Shown here one piece after another: positions 27,036 through 37,801 of a stretch of 64,000 bases of DNA (positions are counted from its first letter, which is position 1; the number at the start of each line of letters is the position of its first letter). The DNA comes from Felis catus. Lineage: Eukaryota. Under the pieces are notes generated by a model. The model was given only the letters and a program-made list of their open reading frames with translations, was not told the origin of the DNA and ran no database searches. Position numbers and translations under genes: made by a program. The stretch covers positions 169,944,001 to 170,008,000 of the forward strand of contig NC_058368.1 in assembly GCF_018350175.1 (NCBI RefSeq), in the 5' to 3' direction.

Positions 27036-27253
27036 TTTTAAATTTTTTTAATGTTTTTATTTATTTTTGAGACAGAGAGAGACAGAGCATGAGCAGGGGA
27101 GGGCAGAGAAAGAGGGAGGCACAGAATCCAAAGCAGGCTCCAGGCTCTGAGCTGTCAGCACAGAGCCTGACTCTGGGCTCGAACTCACAGAGTGTGAGAT
27201 CATGACCTGAGCTGAAGTCAGTCGCTTTACTGACTGAGCCACCCAGGCACCCC
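27036..27253 (-). mobile_element. Can-SINE in L1 3'UTR
   Basis: TSD aaaagactctt (27025-27035) / aacagactctt (27254-27264). Confidence 0.95.
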
Positions 27254-27284
27254 AACAGACTCTTAAATATAAATAACAAACTGG

Positions 27285-27500
27285 GGGCACCTGGGTGGCT
27301 CAGTCAGTTAAGTGTCTGACTTCGGCTCAGGTCATGATCTCGCAGTTTGTGAGTTTGAGCCCTGCATCAGGCTCTGTGCTGACAGCTCAGAGTCTGGACC
27401 CTGCTTTGGATTCTGTGTCTCCCCCTATCACTGCCCCTCCCCTGTTCATGCTCTTTCTCTCTCTGTCTCTCAATAATAAATAAACGTTACAAAAATTTTA
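27285..27500 (+). mobile_element. Can-SINE in L1 3'UTR
   Basis: Full head and body; TSD core caaactgg on both sides. Confidence 0.95.
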
Positions 27501-27686
27501 AGAGCAAACTGGTAGTTGCCAGAGGAGAAGTGGGTGGGAGGATGGGTGAAATAGGTAAAGGAGATGAAGAGTATACTTATTGTGACGTGTACTAAATAAT
27601 GTATAGAATTAGTGAACTACTATATTGTACACCTGAAACTAATGTAACACTATGTTAATTATAGTGTAATTAAAAAATAAATTGTA

Positions 27687-27900
27687 GAGGCGCCTGGGTA
27701 GCTCAGTTGGTTAAGCATCCGACTTCAGCTCAGGTCATGATCTCACAGTCCGTGAGTTCGAGTGCCGCGACGGGCTCTGTGCTGACAGCTCAGAGCCTGG
27801 AGCCTGCTTTGGATTCTGTGTCTCCCTCTCTCTCTGCCCCTCCCCTGCTCATGCTCTATCTCTCTCTGTCTCAAAAATAAATAAAAACATAAAAAAATTT
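27687..27900 (+). mobile_element. Can-SINE at the L1 tail
   Basis: gaggcgcctgggtagctcagttggttaag head; flanks aaataaatt on both sides. Confidence 0.95.
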
Positions 27901-27914
27901 TTAAATAAATTTTA

Positions 27915-29450
27915 TATTGTAATATAGCTTAAAGTCTGGAACTGTGATGCCTCCAGTTTTGCCTTTCTTTTTCAACATTACTTTGGCTATTTGGGGTCTT
28001 TTCTGTTTCCATACAAATTTTAGGATTTTTTTGTTCCAGCTCTGTGAAGAATGGTGGTGTTATTTTAATAGGGATTGCATTGAATGTGTAGATTGCTTTG
28101 GGTAGTATTGATTTTTTTTTAACAATGTTTGTTCTTCCAATCCATGAGCATGGAATGTTTTTCCATTTCTTTGTGTCTTCTTAAATTTCTTTCATAAACT
28201 TTCTATAGTTTTCAGAGTACAGATCTTTTACCTCTTTGATTAGGTTTATTCCTAGGTATCTTATGGTTTTTGGTGCAGTTGTAAATAGGATCAATTCCTT
28301 GATTTCTCTTTCTGCTGCTTTGTTATTGGTGTATGGAAATGCAGCCAATTTCTGTATGTTGATTTTATATCCAAAGATGCTCCACATCACGCATTATCAG
28401 TGAAATACAAATCAAAACCACAATGAGATACCACCTCACCCCTATAAGAATGTCTAAAAAGAATAGCTCAGGAAACAGCAAATGCTGGCAAGGATGCGGA
28501 GAAAGGGAAATCCTTTTGCACTCTTGGTGGAAATTCAAATTGGTGCAGCTCCTCTGGAAGACGATACATAGTTTCCTCAAAAAATTAAAAATAGAACTAC
28601 TGTACAACCTAGCAACTGTACTACTAGCTATTTATCCAAAAGATACAAAAGTGCTGATTTGAAGGGGCACATGCACCCCCATGTTTATAGCAGCACTATC
28701 AGCAACAGCCAAATTATGGAAAGAGCCCAAATGTCCACTGACTGATGAATGGATAAAGAAGACATGGCATGCATATGTATATGTATATATGCATACATAT
28801 ACACACATATATATGTATATACACACATCAATATGTATATATGTATATAATGGAACACTACTCAGTGATCAAAAAGAATGAAATCTTGCCATTTACAACA
28901 ACATGGATGGAACTAGAATGTATTATGCTAAGCGAAATAAATCAGGCAGAGAAGGACAAATAACATGATTTCACTCATATGTGGAATTCAAGAAATGAGC
29001 TAAACCATAAGAAACTCTTAAAAACTGAGAACACTTAAAAACTGAGACACTTAAAAACTGAGAACAACTGAAGGTTGGTGGGGGATGGGAGGGAGGACAG
29101 GGTGGGTGATGGGTATTGAGGAGGGCACCTGTTGGGATGAGCACTGGGTGTTGTATGGAAATCAATTTGACAATAAATTTCATATTAAAAAAAAAGAAAT
29201 GTAACAGATGAACATAGGGGAAGGGAAAGAAAAATAAATAAAAACAGAGAGGGAAGCAAACCATAACAGACTCTTAAATACAGAGGGGAGGTGGGTAGGG
29301 GGATGGGCTAAATGGGTGATAAACATTAAGGAGGGCACTTATTGGGATGAGCACTGGGTGTTATATGTAAGTGATGAATCACTGGGTTCTACTCCTGAAA
29401 CCAGTACTACACTATATGTTAACCTGAATTTAGATACATAAATTTAAAAT
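27915..29450 (+). mobile_element. Second 5'-inverted L1 (minus ~27915-28372, plus ~28373-29450)
   Basis: Minus ORF2 (track 28181-28390 YKINIQK...RYLGINLIKEVKDLYSENY) abuts plus ORF2 (28423-28662 [10 protein letters not shown]...), followed by a 3'UTR. Confidence 0.88.
28998..29193 (+). mobile_element. Short 5'-truncated cat-type L1 3' end nested in an L1 3'UTR
   Basis: Ends gttgtatggaaatcaatttgacaataaatttcatatt-(A)n; TSD aagaaatg (28990-28997 / 29194-29201). Confidence 0.85.
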
Positions 29451-29466
29451 TAATTTATTAATTTTA

Positions 29467-29670
29467 GGGGTGCCTGGGTCTCTCAGTCAGTTGAGTGTCA
29501 GCTTGGTTGATTTCAGCTTAGGTCAAGATCTCACAGTGTGGGGTTTGAGCCCCATGTTAGGCTCTGTGCTGACAGCACGGAACCTGCTTGGAATTTTCTC
29601 TCTCTGTCTCTCTGCCCCTCCCTTGCTTATGCTCTCTCTAAATAAATAACAAACAAACAAATAAATAAAT
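29467..29670 (+). mobile_element. Can-SINE
   Basis: ggggtgcctgggtctctcagtcagttgag head, CT-rich segment, A-rich tail. Confidence 0.9.
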
Positions 29671-30503
29671 CATCTTTTAAAACTAAAGGAATCTTCCTTA
29701 TAAATTTTGGTAATTAGGGTAGTATGAGCCATGTTATATGATCAGTAAATACATTTTGAATAAATTAATAGGTGGTTATGTATGAATAAATGGATTAATT
29801 AACAAATTAACAGATGGAGTGAGATGCATACATCAGCACAGTGAGCTATTAAATTCTTGAGAAATCAGGGTAACTGACTTTCAGCATGTACGCACATGTA
29901 TAACTATACAATATAATTGTTATATAATTAATAACTTATAACAATGTATGTATCATTTAACCAGAGATCCCTTTGTCAATCCTGAATAGATAAAATTTAC
30001 CCCCACTTTGACAAAGAATTGAAAAAATGTTGGTCTGATTTTACTATGTGATAGGATGATGCATTTACCTAGAAATTTGTAAAAATGGTGCTCTCAGAAA
30101 GGATAATTTAACATCTTGGTAGCCTTTTGATGTTACATTGTTGGGTTTCCCTTACAAGCTTCATACCAGTGAACCTATATTACAAACAATAATCTTTGGG
30201 TGATGGAATAACGACAACAGGTCTCTGTCCTAGGAACAACCATACTTACCTTTCTGTGGAAACTCTAGTGTCACTGTGTCTTCCTACTCCTTCATCGATA
30301 ATACTGCTACCAGGAAATCTGAGAACATGCAGTGTGATAGAAGTTTATCTGGTTAGAACTTGTGGCAGCCAAAGGGGGAAAGCAATGGCGATATTTCTCT
30401 GAGTTTCCCATGAGCAATCCAGGGCCCAGATCTGGGCTAGGCTTGACACAGTTGCCAGCCTATTATAATGGGTAGGGTGAGGAGTTGCCTGGATCACAGC
30501 TAG

Positions 30504-30507
<4 letters not shown>

Positions 30508-30554
<47 letters not shown>
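30508..30554 (+). repeat. Pure poly(A)47
   Basis: 47 consecutive A. Confidence 0.98.
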
Positions 30555-30557
<3 letters not shown>

Positions 30558-32447
30558 AGTGTTGTCAGATGAGAACCTTTGGTGGCAAGAGAAAGAAGTA
30601 GCCTATCTTATCAACAGGCCATCACAACCTCAGCTTGAGTGTAAGAGGGGAGGGTGGAAGCCAACAACAAAGAATCTGTCCTATGAAGACTCAAAAAGGG
30701 AACTTTCCTTGCTCTGCTTATTTCTATATGTACAAGGATTGGGGGTGAGTGCAGAGAAGAATATTCATCTAACCTTGATCTGGCCTAAAACTCTTGGTCC
30801 TCACTTCTTCCTTGATATTCACTCTGTCCCTGAGCCTTATCAGGTTAGTGTTATTAACTATAACTAATGGGCTTTCCCAAAGGGAAAGAATAAATATTCT
30901 TTATTTATTTAATGGGTGGAATAAAGGAAAGAGTGAGACACAGGGATGGGATGTGGTAGGGACCTCCCTTGTGTGTAACACTTTTTCATAAAGCTGTGTC
31001 AACATTTTGATTTGAACGTCATATCAAAATACTTTCACCTCAATTATTTTTACTTTTAGCAACTTTCCAATGAGAATTGATATGTTTCCGTACATATTCA
31101 TTAGCAGAGATAATGCTTTATGTCACTAAATTTTTTTCCATATAATTTAGAGTTCAAAGTTCCATAAGTGTCTGCCTCCTCTTCTGTTTTTCTTTTAAAA
31201 AATTCTTTGATCTGTAGGAGTTAAAATATTAATATGCTTTTCCTTAAGATAGTGAGTGATTTTTATTTTCTTTTGTGTGCTTTTGTGTACTTTCGAAATA
31301 TTATACAAAGGACCTCCATCACAGTAGTAATCAGAAAAAAACTATTAAAGTCATAATGGAATTGCAAAAGAAAAGCACACAATACTTCCCATGAGGCCCA
31401 CCTCTGGCTTTCTTCCATGAAAACATTTTCTCTCTGCATGTGAGTTACAAGAAATTGCTCAATGCTTTGTTATTCTCATTTCCATTAAATCTCTCTTTTA
31501 CATGACACCCCCCCTCATTTCATCACCTCTGCTTCTATTCTTGTAATAAGATAGTTCATGGAGGGAAAAATAAAGATGCTGTTTGTCATTGGTGCTATTA
31601 GACACTTCCTCCAACTTTATGGTATTGATTGCTACTCGATACACTCAACTGCACCTCCTTACTCTCTTACTCTCCCCCCATCTGATGACTTCACCTTTTG
31701 TAGCTGGGCATGAACATAAAAGGAGAAAGCCAGACACCTCCTTCCATCTCCTCCACCTCTGGAGCCACCTCCAGTTTGGCACAGGATCAATGAGAGGGAT
31801 GCTTAAGTCATGCTCAGTTTCTTCCTCTCCTCAGCATGATACATGGAAAACACTTCGCTTTCTTGGTTTCCATTCATGCCTAGCCATTAGCTCTTGGAAA
31901 CTGATTTTTGGTCGTTTACCCTTGTTTATTTCTTAACAATTCAAAGATTGTTAAGATGCAAAGAGCATCTTAACAATGCTTGTTAAAGAGCAAAGATGCC
32001 TTTTCTATACTCCTTACACTTTCTATTTTCACTGCTAATTCATTGTCTGGGCTGAGTTGCTTAGAGAATGTTGCTGCCTTGGTAGGCTACTTCTCTGTTT
32101 TTCCTACCCTTAAGTCTTTCTTTCAGGAATGGTGTTTAGCTTTACTGGGCCAGGTACTTTACTCCGTGGAGCGTCTGGGTGTGGCTGACAATTGCTGGAT
32201 CTCAGTTTCTTCCCTATCTCCCATCCTTTGTTCCTCTTTATTAAGCATTTCCAGGTCCTTTCTTATTAAAGAGTATTCACAGTGAGACTGCTAGAAAGAA
32301 ATTTCACAGTCAGATCATAGGAAAGAAAGGAAGAGCCACCTTTGGGAAGAGGAAAGCTACATATATTGGAGACCTAAACAACCCATACTGTGATTCCTGG
32401 AAAACATTCTGAGGAAATGTCCTGACTCTAAATACTTTCTCCCAACA

Positions 32448-32605
32448 GGGCGCCTGGGTGGCTCAGTCAATTGAGCATCTGACTTCGCCTCAGGCCATGA
32501 TCTCATGGTTCGTGGGTTCAAGCCCTGTGCTGGGCTTGCTGCTGTCAGTACAGAGCCCACTTTAAATCCACTGTCCCGCTCTCTCTCCACCCCTCCCCTA
32601 CTCAT

Positions 32606-32667
<62 letters not shown>

Positions 32668-32686
32668 ATAAACATTTACAAAAAAG
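32448..32686 (+). mobile_element. Can-SINE with long (CT)n
   Basis: TSD ctttctcccaacagg / ctttctcccatcagg; (CT)n at ~32609-32662. Confidence 0.95.
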
Positions 32687-32729
32687 CTTTCTCCCATCAG
32701 GCATGGAGTAATTAATGAAGAGTCATCTA

Positions 32730-33064
32730 CTGTTCTGTCTGTTGGAACACCTTCCCCTTACACACCTGCCTGACCAATTTCTACTCATCTTTCAAGGTTC
32801 AGCTCAAACAACTGTAATCCTTGGAATTAGTTATTTCTTCCTCCCTTAACTCCAATAAATACCTTCACCTATAGTCCACTCCTGTTTAGCTAGGTGAACT
32901 ATCCTTAAACTCAGTTTACCATAGTCTTTATCATCTTACACTGAAATTATTTATTTTTCCACTAGACTGTGAGAACATTCAAGGGAGGTTTCCTTTCCTT
33001 TTTATCCTTGATACCCAGCATGAGCTTGGAGCACAGTAGCATTTCCATATGTGTGGAATGGATA
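32730..33064 (+). mobile_element. L2 3' fragment
   Basis: tggaacaccttcccc...ctactcatctttcaaggttcagctcaaa...actagactgtgag...gcacagtag...gaatggata. Confidence 0.75.
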
Positions 33065-33359
33065 GAAGTTTGTGGGTCTGGTTCTTGTGTTGCAGGTTTA
33101 CAGACACAGAACCCATGGCAGAGGACAAAGGCCATACTATGTTACAGAAGTTCCTCCCTGTTGATTCAAGTGGCTAGTGACATCTTTTGCTTGTTTGGAA
33201 ATGTGAGTTGCAGACAGGGTCAGGTTTTCCTGAAGATAAGTCTCCATTTAGCCTCTGGGGCTCCATTGCAAGGTTCTCTTCATGGAAGAGACTGAACTGT
33301 ACCACTGTGCTCTTCTTTTCCAACTGTCTGCTTTGGCAACCTTATGCAACTTTCATTTT

Positions 33360-33608
33360 TTAAAATGTTTATTTATTTTTGAGAGAGAGAGAGAGAGAGT
33401 GTGTGTGTGTGTGCGTGTGTGCGCGCGCGCGCACGCAAGTCAGGGAGAGGCAGAGAGAGATGAAGACACAGAATCTGAAGCAGGCTCCAGGCTCTGAGTT
33501 GTCAGCACAGAGCCCAGTGAGCCTGATGCAGGGTTCAGACTCACAAACCATGAGATCATGACCTGAGCTGAAGTCAGGTACTTAACCGACTGAGCCACCC
33601 AGGTGCCC
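33360..33608 (-). mobile_element. Can-SINE
   Basis: Perfect TSD tgcaactttcatttt (33345-33359 / 33609-33623). Confidence 0.95.
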
Positions 33609-33889
33609 TGCAACTTTCATTTTGATCTATGTGATTCTTCATCTTCAGTGCTGGCAAGAGCAGGATGAGTAAGAAAAATGTCTCTAATGCTTCACAACAG
33701 CTTGGCAGTCCCATGCAGCTTTGGAAATCCAGAGACAATCCCAACATTGGCTGTGCAGTGACATAACTCCAAGTGTTTTAGCTCTGAAAAATGAGTTCAG
33801 TTTCTGTCTGTGAGTTAACACTTTGCACACACTTTGTTGTTACTATGTGGAGACAGTGTCACAGGATAAAAATGCCAGAACTGAACAGG

Positions 33890-34055
33890 CTTCTTGACAT
33901 CATAATCTTATTTTTCAAGAGAGGACTGGTAGCCTCTCTTGAGGTAGCCAGAGATGTGAAGTTATTTGTGCAAGCTCACACAGCATTTGGTAATAAAGAT
34001 TGAAATAAAATTGGAAGGCAGGTTTCTTGTGCCCATTCTAGTGTTTATTCTAAAC
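33890..34055 (-). mobile_element. MIR fragment
   Basis: cagagatgtgaagttatttgtgcaagctcacacagc, reverse core. Confidence 0.55.
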
Positions 34056-34169
34056 ACAGTTGACTGACTGAACACTTTAGCCTGGAGGGGAGGGCTCATA
34101 GCTTAGAATGGAGTGGGGAAAAGAGTGACTGCTGGTGGTAGTGGTGGTGGTGAACTGTGCAAAAAATGG

Positions 34170-34330
34170 TACGTAACCTTAGGCAGCTATGGAACCTCTC
34201 TGGGCCTTAGTTTCCTTGTCGTTAAAGTATGAATGATAATAGCTACCCTACCAGCTGTTTTGAAGATTAGATGACATCATGTCAGTACACTGCCTGGCAT
34301 AAAGCTTGGCCTTAGGGGACACTCAGTAAG
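34170..34330 (+). mobile_element. MIR
   Basis: gtaaccttaggcag...aacctctctgggccttagtttccttgtc...tgataatagctacc...tgaagattagatga. Confidence 0.75.
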
Positions 34331-35459
34331 CAAGGGCCCTTATTACCAAGCAGCATTTGTTCCTCTTTGCCCCATTCCAGCTCCAGACAGCTTCCCAGGG
34401 GACAGTCAGTGCAGCAACCCACTGGCTACAAAGCATTCGTGCAGGACAGATCTGTGAAAGGGTTGAGAGCAAACCCAGTGTGTAAGAAAACAACCAAACT
34501 CCCATAAAGCCTGATTATTTACACTGTTTATTAATAGCCCTGCTCCTCCTTCTCTCCCCCAGCAACAAATTAGGATCTGACTTGAGGTATCGCTCTGGGA
34601 AGGCAGGGCCTCGTGTGCATTTCTGCGGGGGGTATCTCCTGCATAATGCATCCTGGCATCTAAAGGGGGCCTGGATGTCTGCCCGCTCTCAGCTTCCTTT
34701 TGTATCTCCCATCATTACCCATAAAAGCCTTCATTATGATTCGGGTCCCCTTTATTGCACGTATAAATAAAATCTGACAAAATTGTAAGTAAATCCTTTA
34801 GTGGTAAAAGCTGATAGAAGAGGGCAAAAATTAATTTTATGCATGAAGAATCTCATTAAGTAGTTTCATGGAAATAAAAAGAACTGGCATCAGAGACTGG
34901 TGGGGTGCAGGCTTCTAGGGTCTGCAGGTTCTGCAGCCTTGCCAGGGAGGAGGCAGTGCGCCCTGGCTGCTCTTCTTGGTGGCCTCCAGGATGCATGTGG
35001 CATCAGAGCCAAACCTTGTGGAAAAGGCTTTGATTCCAAGGCAGGCAAAGGCCCCCAAGGCCCTTCCACTCAGACTCTGGAGAAGCCCCACGGATGTGAG
35101 TGGGAAGGGATCATTGAGGGAGAGCCCTCAGAAACCCTGTGCCGGGCAGAGCAAGGCCAAGGCATACTCCTAAGAAAATAGCATTTGAGATGCCTACAGC
35201 TAGCTCTAACTCCTCCTCTGTAGGACCCTCCAGTGTTAATTTTACCACCACCTCCCCCTCTACCTGGGGGCTAATCTCAGGGGAGGATGAAGGGTAGGGT
35301 GGAGGCCAGCAAGGGGAGGGGAGAAGGGAAATGAGGTGCAATGGAGGTGGGTGGTCCAGAAAAGCAGGATTCATCTCCTGGGGGCAGGAAACGTATATAC
35401 AGTAGGCTCATATGCTCTGATAGTGAGGTCCAAGCTTCAGTGACTGATTCCATATTCTT

Positions 35460-35480
35460 TTTTTTTTAATGTTTATTAAT

Positions 35481-35519
<39 letters not shown>

Positions 35520-35684
35520 ACAATTGGGGGAGGGGCAGATGGAGAGGGAGAGAGAGAATCCCAAGAAGGCTCTGTGCTGTCAGTGCAGATCCCCATGCAG
35601 GGCTCTATCTCATGAACTGTGAGATCATGACCTGAATCAAAATCAAGAGTTGGATGCTTAACCACCTCAGTCACCAAGGCACCC
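35460..35684 (-). mobile_element. Can-SINE with (GA)n
   Basis: T-tract, tttattaattttga(GA)n, body, head ...caccaaggcacccc. Confidence 0.92.
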
Positions 35685-36349
35685 CTAGTTCTTAATTGAT
35701 TGATACTTTGCATTTTTTCCCCAGTTTTCATTCATATCATGTGAGGGCAATGATGTGATCAATGTGTTTTGTTTACTTCCACCCTGGAAAAGAAATCATT
35801 GACATAAAAACAAAAGTAATCTGTTCAGTCCATCACCTTTCATTAGCTTTCTGCTTCCAGCCACTGTAGGTTCCAGCCTGGGCCATTCAGCAATACATGA
35901 TGAGTTTGCCCTAGATGTAAAATAACTCATTATCAGCTCTTTGTGGTTTCAGTGTACAAAGACCATTTCATACATAAGTAGCTTATTGCAGATAGTTTTA
36001 ATTGGTTGACTGTGTGTGTAAGTACAATAGGTTTTAATACTGAAAGTCTGTGGACAAGATAGGTTTTAAGAAAGGATTATGTTCTTGGCTTATTTTCCAC
36101 CATGACTGCATGTCTCATAAGGAATAGACAATGAGATAACACGGCAGCTGTATTGGATATTAGAAAAAAATAAGCAGTAAGAAGAGTAATAAAAACAGGA
36201 GGGAAAGAGCAATCCTTCAATAACAATTCCTTATTGGTGTTTAACTGTTCCAGGGAAGTTGCATCTGTAAATCCCTGAAACATGCCGAGAAGACAACACA
36301 CTAATGTTTGTCTGTGTGCTTGGGTTTTGACAGGGCAGAAATAGTATTA

Positions 36350-36555
36350 GAATAATGGTCAGAAGGGAATTGAATTCGGAAGTAGCAGGAAGTTTGAACT
36401 GAGTTCGAATCTCAGCTCTGTCTCTTAGTATGTTCAAGACCTTGCGTAAAATAGTTAATCTTTCTGGGCATCAGTCTGCTTAGAGTTCTTTTGAGGATTG
36501 TGGAAAGCTATACAGAGCTTGTTCTACCACAGGCTCTCCATAAATGACAGCTCTT
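36350..36555 (+). mobile_element. MIR
   Basis: ctgagttcgaatctcagctctgtctcttagta...gaccttg...ttaatctttctgggcatcagt. Confidence 0.7.
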
Positions 36556-37595
36556 AGGCGTCTTTAGGGAGCTGAGATTGGATGTGTAAGGTGAGCCAGA
36601 TTGTAATCTCTGGGCCTTTTCCAACCATTTGCCTCTGACTACTCCTTCATCTCACTGCATATCTTCTGTTCCATATGTCATGTCTTCGCTTTGATGAAAG
36701 TACCAAAGTGATTAGAATAAAGAGCAAATACATTTTTGAAATGTCAGCCCCAGAGCATTGTTTGGATATGGTTTCCAAGTTCCTTTCCAAATTGTTTTCA
36801 AAGAATTCAATTTTCTTTCTTAACTGTGCTTGCTGATCAAGGCACCTGCTTCATTGGTTGGGCTTGCCGTTGGCTTTATAAAACTCTGTCTTCATTATAA
36901 GCTGCAGCACAATTGCCTTGTTCTCAGTTGCTGGCTTTGCCTTTTGTTTTGGCCATGACCAAAAACATAATATTTTACCTATTAACACCTCATTTAAAAT
37001 GAAAAAAATAGCTAAGTATCATGCATGCAATTTATTAGGGAATTTGTAATTAAGGGAAGATAGTTTTCTTTGGTAGTAAGATCATCAAATCTACCTAAGT
37101 TATTTGTTGCTCTTTTAGAAAACTGTGCTTTAAGGCAGGCTTAACGCTTTGCAAAATGCGAATTGAGCTATTTTTAACTAGGTTCTTCTTCATGCTCATT
37201 AACCTCATTGAACCATTGTTTGACAAAGGTGGAACATGAGGTGAAAGAACTATGGTATTCCAAACATCCCACCTTTTGTGGGACTTTAAAATATATGGGA
37301 TGTTGGAACTCACTCCCACATATCCGGGTGTATAGCTTGGTAAGTTCTCTTGAATGACCCATGTATGGATGGCTTCCTTGTATCTGGGGAACATTACCCT
37401 AGTCCAAAACCCACATTTCACAATTGAGGCTATTAAGAGAAAAGAAGAATCAAAGCAACTATCAAGCTCACAGAGATAGATAATAGCAAACGGGTTTCTG
37501 CCTCCTGGGGCCATTCTGAATCCACTACTTTCATACTGCTCCTTGGAACATTCGTTGATGTTATTATCTGCATGGAGTTTTAAAAATGATTTCTT

Positions 37596-37801
37596 GGGGC
37601 GCCTGGGTGGCGCAGTCGGTTAAGCGTCCAACTTCAGCCAGGTCATGATCTCGCGGTCCATGAGTTCGAGCCCCGCGTCAGGCCCTGGGCTGATGGCTCA
37701 GAGCCTGGACCCTGTTTCCGATTCTGTGTCTCCCTTTCTCTCTGCCCCTCCCCTGTTCATGCTCTGTCTCTCTCTGTCCCAAAAGTAAATAAACGTTGAA
37801 A
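37596..37801 (+). mobile_element. Young cat-type Can-SINE
   Basis: Perfect TSD aaaaatgatttctt (37582-37595 / 37802-37815); CpG-rich. Confidence 0.97.

Larger units (their letters stand above)
24905..27682 (+). mobile_element. 5'-inverted L1 (minus segment ~24905-25950, plus segment 25951-~27682)
   Basis: Minus-strand ORF2 (track 25368-25751 [10 protein letters not shown]...[11 protein letters not shown]) switches at 25950/25951 to the plus-strand ORF2 end, 3'UTR and A-tail. Confidence 0.9.

Noticed and set aside
29017..29066. Short direct repeats that could suggest a CRISPR-like array
   Set aside because: Adjacent tandem copies without unique spacers, inside an L1 in mammalian DNA.
30424..30437. 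Palindrome gcccagatctgggc
   Set aside because: A 14-bp palindrome is expected by chance.
35266..35328. G-rich tract as a possible promoter or G4
   Set aside because: Irregular long loops, no CpG island and no other promoter evidence.
37095..37514. 139-aa minus ORF
   Set aside because: No recognisable homology or gene context; noted only because it overlaps a candidate plus-strand exon.
37596..37670. tRNA-like sequence with A and B boxes
   Set aside because: It is the tRNA-derived head of a Can-SINE with tail and TSD, not a tRNA gene; the same applies to the other SINE heads.
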